Shown here: one piece after another, positions 10,079-19,461 of the stretch
Layout: the number at the start of each line of letters is the position of its first letter
Numbering within the stretch: position 1 is the first letter of the stretch
Assembly (NCBI GenBank): GCA_050116575.1
Contig: JASFOJ010000005.1
Span: 506 to 64,505, forward strand
Source: Gammaproteobacteria bacterium
GTDB taxonomy: Bacteria > Pseudomonadota > Gammaproteobacteria > SZUA-152
Direction of reading: 5' to 3'
Length of the DNA stretch: 64,000 nucleotides
Program-made: the position numbers and the translations under genes
Notes under the pieces: generated by a model
The model's database searches: none
What the model saw: the letters and a program-made list of their open reading frames with translations, nothing else
What the model was told of the DNA's origin: nothing

Positions 10079-10331
10079 AATAATTAATAGCCTGAATAGA
10101 GTTAGAATCCTTTTGTTATCGGCGTTATGATAAATACCGTTTTGTTAATCCCGTCACAAAAAACCAAACTGGTTGATTGTGTGTCACTGCCGCTAACCAG
10201 GAAAACAGTAGCGCCGCTAACAGTAACCACAAGAATAGCAACCATATAAAGCAACAATAATACAAACAATAACAATACAAAGTAAAAAAACAACAAGATA
10301 AACTAACAACAACAAAAGGTGTTTCGTCATA

Positions 10332-10727
10332 ATGTTAGCTGAAACTGTGATTGCCGCAATGGTGACTTACGTGGTGATGGTGGCGGCGGTGTACTGGCAC
10401 CGTTTGCGGCGGTTCCACGTTACGGTCATGGTAACCATCATGCTGTTTGATCTGGCGATGCCGTTTTATCTTTACGCCAACCGGGATTGGAAAACCCGCC
10501 TTATCGATGATGGCGACATATTGTCTTTTCTGGTATGGACCCATTTCGGGCTGCTGATTGCGTTGTTTGTGCTGTATTTTATTCAGGCATTGGCAGGGCG
10601 AAAGTTACTAGGTGGCGACCAAAGTGCCCGGGCGGAGCATAAGAACGTGGCCAAGGGGATATTGCTGGTACGGGCGCTGGTGATCATCAGCGGCGCTTTG
10701 CTGGTGCAGCCGGTATCGGGCAACTAG
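10332..10727 (+). CDS. Small integral membrane protein (DUF420-like, 4 TM)
   Basis: Four hydrophobic segments with His at helix boundaries (RRFH, WTH, AEH); followed by a terminator. Confidence 0.6.
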   Translation: MLAETVIAAMVTYVVMVAAVYWHRLRRFHVTVMVTIMLFDLAMPFYLYANRDWKTRLIDDGDILSFLVWTHFGLLIALFVLYFIQALAGRKLLGGDQSARAEHKNVAKGILLVRALVIISGALLVQPVSGN

Positions 10728-10750
10728 CGTGATCAAATAATCAGTGCAGT

Positions 10751-10782
10751 AAAAAAAGAACGGGCCGGAGCCCGTTCTTTTT
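10751..10782. terminator. Bidirectional intrinsic terminator
   Basis: AAAAAGAACGGGC-CGGA-GCCCGTTCTTTTT perfect 13-bp stem with A/T tracts, between convergent genes. Confidence 0.85.
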
Positions 10783-10821
10783 AGTGTTGTGCGCAAGGAG
10801 CACTGACCGGGTAATGGCGGG

Positions 10822-11706
10822 TCAGGCTTTCTGTTTCTTTTCGATCATGTCGTGAATCAACGGCGTGAGGATAATTTCCATGGCAAATCCCATTTTGCCA
10901 CCCGGCACCACGATGGTGTTAGGCCGTGACATGAATGAGTTGTGGATCATGTTGAGCAGGTACGGGAAATCCACCCCCGATTGTTTGGGGTCACGGAAAC
11001 GAATCACCACAAAGCTTTCGTCAGGTGTTGGAATATCGCGTGCAATAAACGGGTTGGACGTATCAACGGTGGGTACGCGTTGGAAGTTAATGTGCGTACG
11101 TGAAAACTGCGGCGTAATGAAATTCACATAATCGGCCATGCGGCGCATGATGGTATCCACGATGGCTTCCGCCGAGTATCCGCGTTGGGCGTTGTCCCGG
11201 TGAATTTTCTGGATCCATTCCAGGTTCACAATGGGTACTACACCAATCAGTAGGTCCACCAGTTCGGCTACGTTGACATCCTCTGTTTTGACGCCGCCGT
11301 GCAGGCCTTCATAAAACAACAGGTCGGTGTTTTCCGGAATGTCTTCCCAGGGCGTAAATTGTCCGGGACCCAGATTGAGACTTTTATAGGGTTCGGCTTC
11401 TTCCTCGCTGTGCAGATAATAGCGGCGTTTGCACATACCACTTTCCGAGTACTGAGCAAAGGTTTCCTGCAACTTGTCGAATACATTCGCTTCCGGACCA
11501 AAATGGCTGATGGTCTTGCCCTTTTCTGCATACTTAGCGATGGCTTCTTTCATGGCCTGGCGGTCGTAAGCGTGGTAACTGTCCCCCTCGATTACTGCGG
11601 GGACAATTTTTTCGCGGCGGAAAATATGCTCGAAGGCATTTTTAACCGTGGTGGTTCCTGCCCCTGATGAACCGGTGACAGCAATAACTGGATGTTTTAC
11701 AGACAT
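10822..11706 (-). CDS. prkB: Phosphoribulokinase (proteobacterial CbbP/PrkB type)
   Basis: MSVKHPVIAVTGSSGAGTTT, YEGLHG, NLEWIQKIHRD...RGYS, QRVPTVDTSNPFIAR. Confidence 0.93.
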   Translation of the reverse strand: MSVKHPVIAVTGSSGAGTTTVKNAFEHIFRREKIVPAVIEGDSYHAYDRQAMKEAIAKYAEKGKTISHFGPEANVFDKLQETFAQYSESGMCKRRYYLHSEEEAEPYKSLNLGPGQFTPWEDIPENTDLLFYEGLHGGVKTEDVNVAELVDLLIGVVPIVNLEWIQKIHRDNAQRGYSAEAIVDTIMRRMADYVNFITPQFSRTHINFQRVPTVDTSNPFIARDIPTPDESFVVIRFRDPKQSGVDFPYLLNMIHNSFMSRPNTIVVPGGKMGFAMEIILTPLIHDMIEKKQKA

Positions 11707-12083
11707 GAGAACGGTCTCCTAAATGTTGCTACACAATTTGAATTCTTTTCATTAATGTATTTTTAGTCAGTCCGCGCGCTGCGCTAAATCGGTAACCACG
11801 TTGCCGGTACGCGGTCGATCGTATTTTGCGGTCGCGGTAATCGTAATTGATTAATTCTGCGTAATACGCCACTGGCGCCATGGGCCAGTTGATTTTATTG
11901 ATTTTTTGCCGGGAACGATGTCTGTATCCCGCCCGGTTTCAGGTCGAACCGCGAATAATAACGGTTTCCGGGGTGGGATAAAAGCTGAAAAGGCGCCGCT
12001 GGGGCAAAACCAGCAGGGGAGTGCGGCGCCGAACACCAGGTGAAACCCGGCTCGGTGGTGATTAGTTATTGTAAAACAACAGG

Positions 12084-12566
12084 TTAATGAAAATCTTTGG
12101 AAAGGTTTTCGAGCACCATGTTTTCCATCCATACATAGGCTTCGTCGGTGCCGGTCTGGTTGAACATGACCATCAATACCACCCATTTCAGCTGGCTAAG
12201 GTCGATCTCTTCGGTTTCCAGGGCCATGGCGCGGTCAATGATGTGTTCCCGGCTGGTGGCGTCGATGACGCCCATTTGCTCGAGAAAATGCAGGAAACCC
12301 TGGCACTCAACATTCAGTTTACGGGCCTCATCAGGGTGAAAGACGCGTACGGTATCACTGGCGCCGGATGTGGACACCAGGGCATCGTCGTCCTGCAGGC
12401 GAACCAGGCCTTCCAGCCATTCAAATGCCTTGGCGATATGATTTTTACCGAATCCTGCTTCGCGTAACAGCGCCTTGAGTTCTTCCGGGTCGGATTGTCG
12501 TGCGCTGTCGTCATCGATGTAGTTTTCGAACAGATACATCAATACATCGAATACACTTTGTTTCAT
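12084..12566 (-). CDS. smg: Protein Smg (DUF494)
   Basis: FDVLMYLFENY, AGF...I.KA..WL, GFLHFLEQ.G, LKWVVLMV; directly downstream of dprA. Confidence 0.92.
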   Translation of the reverse strand: MKQSVFDVLMYLFENYIDDDSARQSDPEELKALLREAGFGKNHIAKAFEWLEGLVRLQDDDALVSTSGASDTVRVFHPDEARKLNVECQGFLHFLEQMGVIDATSREHIIDRAMALETEEIDLSQLKWVVLMVMFNQTGTDEAYVWMENMVLENLSKDFH

Positions 12567-12581
12567 TGAAAATTCCTTTGC

Positions 12582-13802
12582 TCAGAGCCGTGAGTACAGA
12601 CCCCCTGATGACGTAATCAGCCCGCTCAACTCCAATTCTACCAGCATGGAGGAAATAGACTCCGGCGTCAATCGGGATCTTTGCACCAATGTGTCAACGG
12701 AAACCGGTTCGTATGCCATGCAGTCGAGCAGTTGCTGTTGACGGGCGTCGATGGTTTTGCGGGCAGTGGCGCGTAAATCTTTATTATGGTGAAGGTTTTC
12801 ATTCGATGGCTGCAGTGCGGTGTGCCGATGACGAGCGATAACCGGCGCCAATTCCTGTAAAACATCATCGCCGGTTTCTACCAGTTTGGCGCCTTGCCGG
12901 ATCAGGTGATGGCAGCCTTTTGCCAGAGGGTTGTGAATCGAACCGGGAATGGCGAACACTTCCCGTCCCTGTTCCATGGCTTGTTTAGCGGTAATCAGTG
13001 AGCCGCTTTGCAACGCCGCTTCAACTACCAGGGTACCGGCGCTTAATCCGCTGATGATCCGGTTGCGGCGGGGGAAATTATGCGCCGCCGGCCGGGTGCC
13101 AACCGGGTACTCGGAAACCAGTGCGCCTTGCGCGGCAATTTGTTTGGCCAACGGCCGGTTTTTCGCCGGGTAAACGATATCCAGGCCAGTACCGGTGACG
13201 GCAACCGTGAGACCGCTGCCTTGCAGGGCGCCGCGATGACTCTCGGTATCGATGCCACCGGCCATGCCACTGTTGATAATCAGTCCGGCCCGGGATAAAT
13301 GGCGGGCAAATTCAAAGGCGGTCTCGCGCCCGGTATGACCGGGATTGCGGCTACCTACCATGGCCAGCTGGGGGTAATGGAGAATTTCCGGGTCGCCCTG
13401 GACGTAAAGTAGAACGGGTGGATCGCTAATCTCCCGAAGCTGCGCCGGATACCAGGAAGATAACAAGGGAATAATATAACAGTCATGCTGCCTGGCCCAT
13501 TGCAGGTCGCGGTCAATGGCGGTTTGGTCAGGGTCCACCAGCGCGTGGCGGGTTTTCTCGGCAAGCGTGATGTGGGCGAACAGGGTTTTTTGTTGTGGTC
13601 CCAGTAGTTCAAGGGGGTCGATTTGCTGGTCCAGTAACGTCTGCAAACGGGCGGGTCCGAAACCGCTGGCGTGATGCAGCGTCAGCCATTGTGTTAACTG
13701 GTGTTCGTCCAGGTCGCGTTGGTCAATGATGGCGGCGGTGCTCTGGCTAGTCACGGTACTTGGGCTAGTCACTGTACATTGGTTACGGTGCAAACCGGTC
13801 AA
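12582..13802 (-). CDS. dprA: DNA-processing protein DprA (start uncertain, likely somewhat downstream of 13802)
   Basis: AMVGSR, SGMAGGID..SH, FPRRNRIISGLS, SGSLITA, GREVFAIPG. Confidence 0.93.
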   Translation of the reverse strand: MTGLHRNQCTVTSPSTVTSQSTAAIIDQRDLDEHQLTQWLTLHHASGFGPARLQTLLDQQIDPLELLGPQQKTLFAHITLAEKTRHALVDPDQTAIDRDLQWARQHDCYIIPLLSSWYPAQLREISDPPVLLYVQGDPEILHYPQLAMVGSRNPGHTGRETAFEFARHLSRAGLIINSGMAGGIDTESHRGALQGSGLTVAVTGTGLDIVYPAKNRPLAKQIAAQGALVSEYPVGTRPAAHNFPRRNRIISGLSAGTLVVEAALQSGSLITAKQAMEQGREVFAIPGSIHNPLAKGCHHLIRQGAKLVETGDDVLQELAPVIARHRHTALQPSNENLHHNKDLRATARKTIDARQQQLLDCMAYEPVSVDTLVQRSRLTPESISSMLVELELSGLITSSGGLYSRL

Positions 13803-14002
13803 AAAATAAGACCGATAAATGACGCTTTTTCTGTTTTGATCAACAATCTTGTTACGGTTTAATCAGGCAGCATCATACCGGCTATGGCGTTTCAGGGAAA
13901 CGGTCAGATTAGTCAGACTGCCCGTTAATGTTACAACAGTGATTGAGCAATATTACCACGTTATGGCAAGTGGGGCGGGTTCAGAGTATTGGTGGGTTGA
14001 GC

Positions 14003-14058
14003 ACAAAGACACCAGGGCGCGAAAGCTATTGAAAATCTTTGCGGCCTGGCGCCTTTGT
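14003..14058. repeat. Degenerate inverted repeat related to the 45322/56516 element family
   Basis: ACAAAGACACCAGGGCGCGAAAG ... CTTTGCGGCCTGGCGCCTTTGT; the right-arm reverse complement matches 18/22 positions of GCAAAGACGCCAAGACGCAAAG. Confidence 0.5.
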
Positions 14059-14103
14059 TTGGATTTCGCTACTGGCGAATATTCTTTGGTAACGATTTAA
14101 AAG

Positions 14104-15147
14104 TCAGGGGTTGCGCACGTAATCGTAAAGGCGCATATCCTTCTCCGATTCCATCACCATGGCGTAACTGAGCCGGTCAAAGGAGCGGATCACCATGACG
14201 ATGCCGGCTCGCACGTCGGGTAAGGTGATGGTTTCACCACCTTCGCCGGCGCGGGGATCTCGCACGGTGTCACCGGACTGAAACACGGCCAGTACGTGAC
14301 CGGTTTCGATGCCGTCGCTTTCACCGCGGTTAATGACGATGGTCTGGTATTGGCCGATGCGGGCAACGCCGTCGACTACGTCAATGATCTGACCGTCCAC
14401 CGGGTTTTCCGGCGGGTGGGGGATAAAGGTCTGGTCGAAACCGTAATCGCGTTTTGGCAACAGGCGGTCACCAATAATCACTTCGCGAGAGGAATTGGTA
14501 ATCACCAGCGTGGATGGGTCACCAAACTTGGTTACTTTAGCATCTGCCACCTGAATAGCCTCGTAGCCCAGTATATCGCCGGGTTTGGCGCCGGGATTTC
14601 GATAAGGATCACCAATGCGGATAATCGTAAAATCCGTATCACCGCCGGCCACCAGGCCACGGACATAAATCACATCATCCTTGCCAGCGATCAGCCGGCC
14701 TTCCTCGCTGGCGACGATGTAGGCGGCGTTTTCGATTTCACGCTCCGATACCACTCGCGGATGTCCCAAAAACTGTTCAATGGAGTTTAGCGGGATGGTG
14801 GAAATGGGCGTGTCCACCCGGGTGGCGCGCACTTTGGGAGACAGTTTTACGGTGGGTTGACCACGGTCCACCTTGAGCATGGGGCGGCCGCTTTCGTCAT
14901 ACACCAGTGACACCACATCACCGGGATAAATCAGGTGAGGGTTCTTAATCTGCGGATTGAAACTCCATACTTCGGGCCAGCGCCACGGTGTTTCCAGAAA
15001 CCGCGCGGAGATATCCCACAGGGTATCCCCTTTGACGACAACATAACGTTCGGGGTGGTCTGGGCGTAGTGTAACTTCGTCCGCCATGGCGGAACCCAAC
15101 ATCAGGCATCCCAGTAACCCCAGCAACAGTTTTTTCATGTACATCAT
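14104..15147 (-). CDS. LysM peptidoglycan-binding protein (TsaP-like)
   Basis: Signal peptide, YVVVKGDTLWDIS...PWRWPEVW..NPQIKNPHLIYPGD; conserved position between def and dprA. Confidence 0.85.
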   Translation of the reverse strand: MMYMKKLLLGLLGCLMLGSAMADEVTLRPDHPERYVVVKGDTLWDISARFLETPWRWPEVWSFNPQIKNPHLIYPGDVVSLVYDESGRPMLKVDRGQPTVKLSPKVRATRVDTPISTIPLNSIEQFLGHPRVVSEREIENAAYIVASEEGRLIAGKDDVIYVRGLVAGGDTDFTIIRIGDPYRNPGAKPGDILGYEAIQVADAKVTKFGDPSTLVITNSSREVIIGDRLLPKRDYGFDQTFIPHPPENPVDGQIIDVVDGVARIGQYQTIVINRGESDGIETGHVLAVFQSGDTVRDPRAGEGGETITLPDVRAGIVMVIRSFDRLSYAMVMESEKDMRLYDYVRNP

Positions 15148-15772
15148 GCTTTCTCAGACCATTCCATATTCAAATAATTTCGAGTGTAGTCGAATCCCGA
15201 TAGTGGCACCAGTGATCCGTTGGATATTAATGACATAGTGACCATCGTTCATCCAGCGCATCCATTTTATTTTCCCGGTGAAACGGGTGGCGGGGAAGGT
15301 TCGCGTCCCTGCATTACATTCCTAGCGTAGTGTCTTAATGTAAGACGTTCTTTTGGACGAGATAAACTTTGAGGTTGGCCGTGAAAGATTCTATCTCGCC
15401 TATGGGTAGCCACTCAAGGCACTACACTGATAGACAAATTAGCGGTCCAGCATGACGTAACTTAAGTGATTACAATGTCAAATAGCGCAAAGTTTGTTTG
15501 AAATGAGATTTTGGGCTCCCATATACCTATAAAGTGGCCATTTTATGGCCAGTATCAGCGTCCCAAAGACATCGAATTCATCAATACCTGGGCTCACCTG
15601 TTGCGGATACTCCGAGAGCGCGGCAAGCCGCCGGCAAATGCGGCAAGCGTTTCCTGCCGTGACGCGGTACAATAGCGCTGACAGGAATGGATATGGCATT
15701 GATAAATAACTAAAAATCGTAAGGTTTTTGTAATCTTGTGTTTCAGTAATTTTGATTGATGAAAGAGCTCAC

Positions 15773-16276
15773 ATGGCACTATTAAACATCCTGCATTACC
15801 CTGATCCACGGCTGCGTAAAAAAGCCCTGCCCGTGGAGCACATTGATAAGGGCATTACCCGGCTGGTGGATGACATGCTCGAAACCATGTATGAAGCCCC
15901 CGGCATCGGCCTGGCGGCGACCCAGGCTAATATTCAGAAGCGCATTATTGTTATCGATATTTCCGAGGATAAATCCCAGCCCCTTTGCCTTATCAATCCG
16001 CAAATCGTGGATAGCGACGGCGAAGAGGAAATGGAGGAAGGCTGTCTGTCGGTACCGGGTATTTATGAAAAAGTAAAACGCGCTGAGCACATCAAGGTGC
16101 GTGCCCTGGACAAACACGGCGAGGCTTTTGAAATGGAAGCCGACGGATTGCTGTCCGTGTGTATTCAGCACGAGATGGACCATCTCGAGGGTAAGTTGTT
16201 TGTTGATTACCTGTCGGACCTCAAACGTCAGCGTATCCGCAAAAAACTGGAAAAGCTGCGCCAGAAAACCCTGTAG
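15773..16276 (+). CDS. def: Peptide deformylase
   Basis: [20 protein letters not shown]; ATG at 15773 (MALLNIL...). Confidence 0.96.
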   Translation: MALLNILHYPDPRLRKKALPVEHIDKGITRLVDDMLETMYEAPGIGLAATQANIQKRIIVIDISEDKSQPLCLINPQIVDSDGEEEMEEGCLSVPGIYEKVKRAEHIKVRALDKHGEAFEMEADGLLSVCIQHEMDHLEGKLFVDYLSDLKRQRIRKKLEKLRQKTL

Positions 16277-16534
16277 GGAGATTTGTTCGGTTTACCACCG
16301 CTTTGCGCCTGCTTGATTGGCCAAAGACGGGAAGTCTCTGTACTTCCAATCACCAGGTATCACCAGGCCGAAGGTTTTGCGCTGTATACTCATGATTCCG
16401 GTGAAGATCTTGCTGAGCCCTGTCACCGACGACCACTCACCTTGTTTACGATCAATTGTAAATAGTGACTATCGCGTATACTGCTGATACGTTACGCTTT
16501 TTCACTATTTACTATTGGGGCTAGCCATCTACCC

Positions 16535-17476
16535 ATGTCACAGGCACTTAATTTGATTTTTGCCGGTACACCGGAATTCGCCGCCGTGAGTCTGAAAGCG
16601 CTCGTGGATTCCCCGCACCGTATTGCAGCCGTCTATACTCAGCCGGACCGTCCTGCCGGCCGTGGTCGAAAACTCAAACCCGGTCCCGTGAAGCAACTGG
16701 CCATGGAGCATCAGTTGACTGTGATGCAACCCGATTCATTGAAAGATCCGCAAACGCAACAACAATTGGCCGAATTTGATGCGGATTTGATGATCGTGGC
16801 GGCTTATGGATTATTGTTGCCCAAAGCGGTGTTAGCCATTCCAAGGCTGGGATGTGTTAACGTACACGCATCGCTATTGCCGCGCTGGCGCGGAGCCGCC
16901 CCTATTCAGCGCGCCATTCTGGCGGGGGACCGCGAAACCGGTATTACCATTATGCAGATGGATGAAGGACTGGATACCGGGGATATGTTGCTCAAGCATA
17001 CCACCCCCATTGAAAACACCGACACCGCCCAAACGCTGCATGACCGGTTGGCTGTGATGGGTGCGGAAGCTTTACTGCAGGCAGTGCATTTGATCGTCAA
17101 CGGGACCATGGAACGTGAACCGCAAAATGACGCGCTTGCCACTTATGCCGAAAAGATACAAAAAGCCGAAGCTCGTATCGACTGGCGGCAAAGCGCGTAC
17201 GATATTCACCGCAAGGTGCGGGCCTTTAATCCGTGGCCGGTGGCTCAGGGTGTCATGGCGGAGCGCACTATCCGTATCTGGCAAGCGCAGGTGATACCAG
17301 GGCAGGGCGAAGCCGCACCGGGCACCGTATTAGCCGAATCCCGTGACGGCATCGATGTGATGACAGGCGACGGGATATTGCGCATTACCCGCTTGCAGTT
17401 GCCCGGGGGCAAACCGTTGGCGGCGGCCGATTTTGTTAACGCGCAAAGCCTGAAAGGCGGCGTATTTGACAGCTGA
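16535..17476 (+). CDS. fmt: Methionyl-tRNA formyltransferase
   Basis: FAGTPEFA, TQPDRPAGRG, NVHASLLPRWRGAAPIQ, LDTGD. Confidence 0.96.
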   Translation: MSQALNLIFAGTPEFAAVSLKALVDSPHRIAAVYTQPDRPAGRGRKLKPGPVKQLAMEHQLTVMQPDSLKDPQTQQQLAEFDADLMIVAAYGLLLPKAVLAIPRLGCVNVHASLLPRWRGAAPIQRAILAGDRETGITIMQMDEGLDTGDMLLKHTTPIENTDTAQTLHDRLAVMGAEALLQAVHLIVNGTMEREPQNDALATYAEKIQKAEARIDWRQSAYDIHRKVRAFNPWPVAQGVMAERTIRIWQAQVIPGQGEAAPGTVLAESRDGIDVMTGDGILRITRLQLPGGKPLAAADFVNAQSLKGGVFDS

Positions 17477-17500
17477 CTGTCCTGAATCTGACCGGATGTA

Positions 17501-18802
17501 TTGATGAATACCCGTGCCCTTGCCGCTTTGGTGCTTACCGACGTAAATGTCAGCGGCCGTTCGTTGCCGGACGCATTGGCGTCTCATCAGGCTGATGTGG
17601 CTGATTCCCGGGAACAGGCGCTGTTACAGGAAATCAGTTACGGGGTAACACGCTGGTGGTGGCGGCTGGATGCCATTATCAGCCAGCTGATGGACAAACC
17701 GCTCAAGGCAAAGGACGGTGACATTAAGCATTTGATCATGGCCGGTATCTATCAACTCCACGATATGCGCATACCCGATCACGCGGCGGTTGCTGAAACG
17801 GTCAATGCCTGTGCCGCCCTGAAAAAGCCCTGGGCCAAAAAACTGGTCAATGGCGTGTTGCGTAATTATCAACGCCGCAGCGATGCCATTGAACGACAAC
17901 TGGCGCAGCAGCCGGATGCCGCTTGCAGTCATCCAAGCTGGTTGTTGCGGGAACTCAAGGCGGCATGGCCAGATCAATGGCCGCAGATTGTGGATGCCAA
18001 CAATACCAAGCCGCCCATGGTTTTGCGGGTCAATGTCCAAAAGACCAGCCGTGACGATTACCTGCAACAATTGCGCGAACAGGGTATCCAGGCGCAAGCG
18101 TTTGCCTTTAACGATTGCGGCGTGAAGCTGGCGCAACCGGTGGCGGTGCAAAACCTGCCCGGCTTCTACGACGGGCGAGTGTCGGTACAGGATGGCGCCG
18201 CCCAACTGGCCGCGGAGCTGTTACAGCTTGCTGCAGGACAGCGGGTGCTGGATGTGTGCGCGGCGCCGGGTGGTAAAACGGCGCATATACTGGAGCACCA
18301 ACCGGTACTGTCGGAGTTGGTGGCTGTTGATATCGACGGGGACCGGCTGGCAAAAGTGGACGATAACCTGCAACGACTGGGATTGGCGGCAACATTGATG
18401 GCCGGTGACGCGCAGGCGCCGGAGCAGTGGTGGGATGGGCGGCGGTTTGACCGCATTTTGCTGGATGCGCCCTGTTCTGCAACCGGTGTAATACGCCGTC
18501 ATCCCGATATCAAGCAACTGCGCCGGGCCACCGACCTGCCGCAACTGGTGAATTTACAACACAAAATTTTGACCACAGTCTGGCCCTTACTGGAATCAGG
18601 AGGTATGCTTTTATATGCAACCTGCTCGATTTTGCCACAGGAGAACGAGCGGCAGATTGGCCAATTTCTAGCATCTCATCAGGATTCAGAGTTACTGCCC
18701 ATTGCAGCGCAGTGGGGAACAAATCAGCCGGCGGGCCGCCAGATCTTACCGGGGGAACACGGCATGGATGGCTTTTACTACGCATGTATCCAGAAGAATT
18801 AA
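17501..18802 (+). CDS. rsmB: 16S rRNA m5C967 methyltransferase
   Basis: NusB-like N-terminus, VQD, DVCAAPGGKT, LDAPCSATG..RRHPD, YATCS. Confidence 0.95.
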   Translation: MMNTRALAALVLTDVNVSGRSLPDALASHQADVADSREQALLQEISYGVTRWWWRLDAIISQLMDKPLKAKDGDIKHLIMAGIYQLHDMRIPDHAAVAETVNACAALKKPWAKKLVNGVLRNYQRRSDAIERQLAQQPDAACSHPSWLLRELKAAWPDQWPQIVDANNTKPPMVLRVNVQKTSRDDYLQQLREQGIQAQAFAFNDCGVKLAQPVAVQNLPGFYDGRVSVQDGAAQLAAELLQLAAGQRVLDVCAAPGGKTAHILEHQPVLSELVAVDIDGDRLAKVDDNLQRLGLAATLMAGDAQAPEQWWDGRRFDRILLDAPCSATGVIRRHPDIKQLRRATDLPQLVNLQHKILTTVWPLLESGGMLLYATCSILPQENERQIGQFLASHQDSELLPIAAQWGTNQPAGRQILPGEHGMDGFYYACIQKN

Positions 18803-18831
18803 CAAACCGCAGGACTGCCGTTTCGAATGTT

Positions 18832-19416
18832 ATGTGGGGGTTACTGGTGTCAGGCCGGCGCGCGCGGACGTTGGGCCGGGGGCTCATTATGTTGTTGTTG
18901 CTGTTGGTCGGTAACAGTACGTGGGCGGCCGGGTTTGCGGTCAATCATGCCGAGATTGTACTGACCAACAAGGTTTACCAGTTAAACGCCCGTCTCACTT
19001 TCGATTTTAGCCAGGATGTCATGGATGCGATAGAAAACGGTGTGCCGATGGTGTTGAATCTTGACATAGAAATCATGCGCCCGCGCCGCTATTTTTGGGA
19101 CGAGGAAGTGGCGTCGTTGGAACAACGCTATCAACTGCAATATCACGCCCTGAGTGAACAATATGTGGTGCGCAATTTAAACAGTGGCGCCCAATACACC
19201 TTTTTTTCCCTGACCGCGGCCCTGCAGAAGATCGGTAATGTCGACCATTTGCCTATTATTGACCAGCAATTGCTGAAAAACCGGGAGGCGGATAATTATT
19301 ACGCGCGCGTTCGTGTGGGGTTGGGCTTCGATAATTTGCCTGTGCCGTTAAAGCTGGATGCGCTGATTTCCAGCAGCTGGTGGCTGGACAGCGACTGGTA
19401 TCGGCTGGATTTGTAA
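18832..19416 (+). CDS. DUF4390 periplasmic protein (start uncertain)
   Basis: Signal peptide; ~190 aa with R.R.YFWDE and L.YHALS..Y motifs; conserved position between rsmB and the NtrY-like kinase. Confidence 0.8.
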   Translation: MWGLLVSGRRARTLGRGLIMLLLLLVGNSTWAAGFAVNHAEIVLTNKVYQLNARLTFDFSQDVMDAIENGVPMVLNLDIEIMRPRRYFWDEEVASLEQRYQLQYHALSEQYVVRNLNSGAQYTFFSLTAALQKIGNVDHLPIIDQQLLKNREADNYYARVRVGLGFDNLPVPLKLDALISSSWWLDSDWYRLDL

Positions 19417-19461
19417 CGCTGCCATGATGACACTATTGCTATCAACCAGGAACCATAACCA

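Noticed and set aside
10102-10296. 64-aa hydrophobic minus-strand ORF
   Set aside because: Its Leu/Val/Phe content is the reverse-complement reading of the AAC/AAT-rich tract; TTG start and no other coding evidence.
9199-11814. Identical 13-mer TGCCGGTACGCGG upstream of both the fad operon (9199) and prk (11802)
   Set aside because: One shared non-palindromic 13-mer is expected by chance in 64 kb, and the flanks do not align.
13738-13776. Two ~18-bp tandem copies (VTSPST/VTSQST) at the dprA 5' end
   Set aside because: Only two copies in a poorly conserved N-terminal or leader region; most likely a local duplication.
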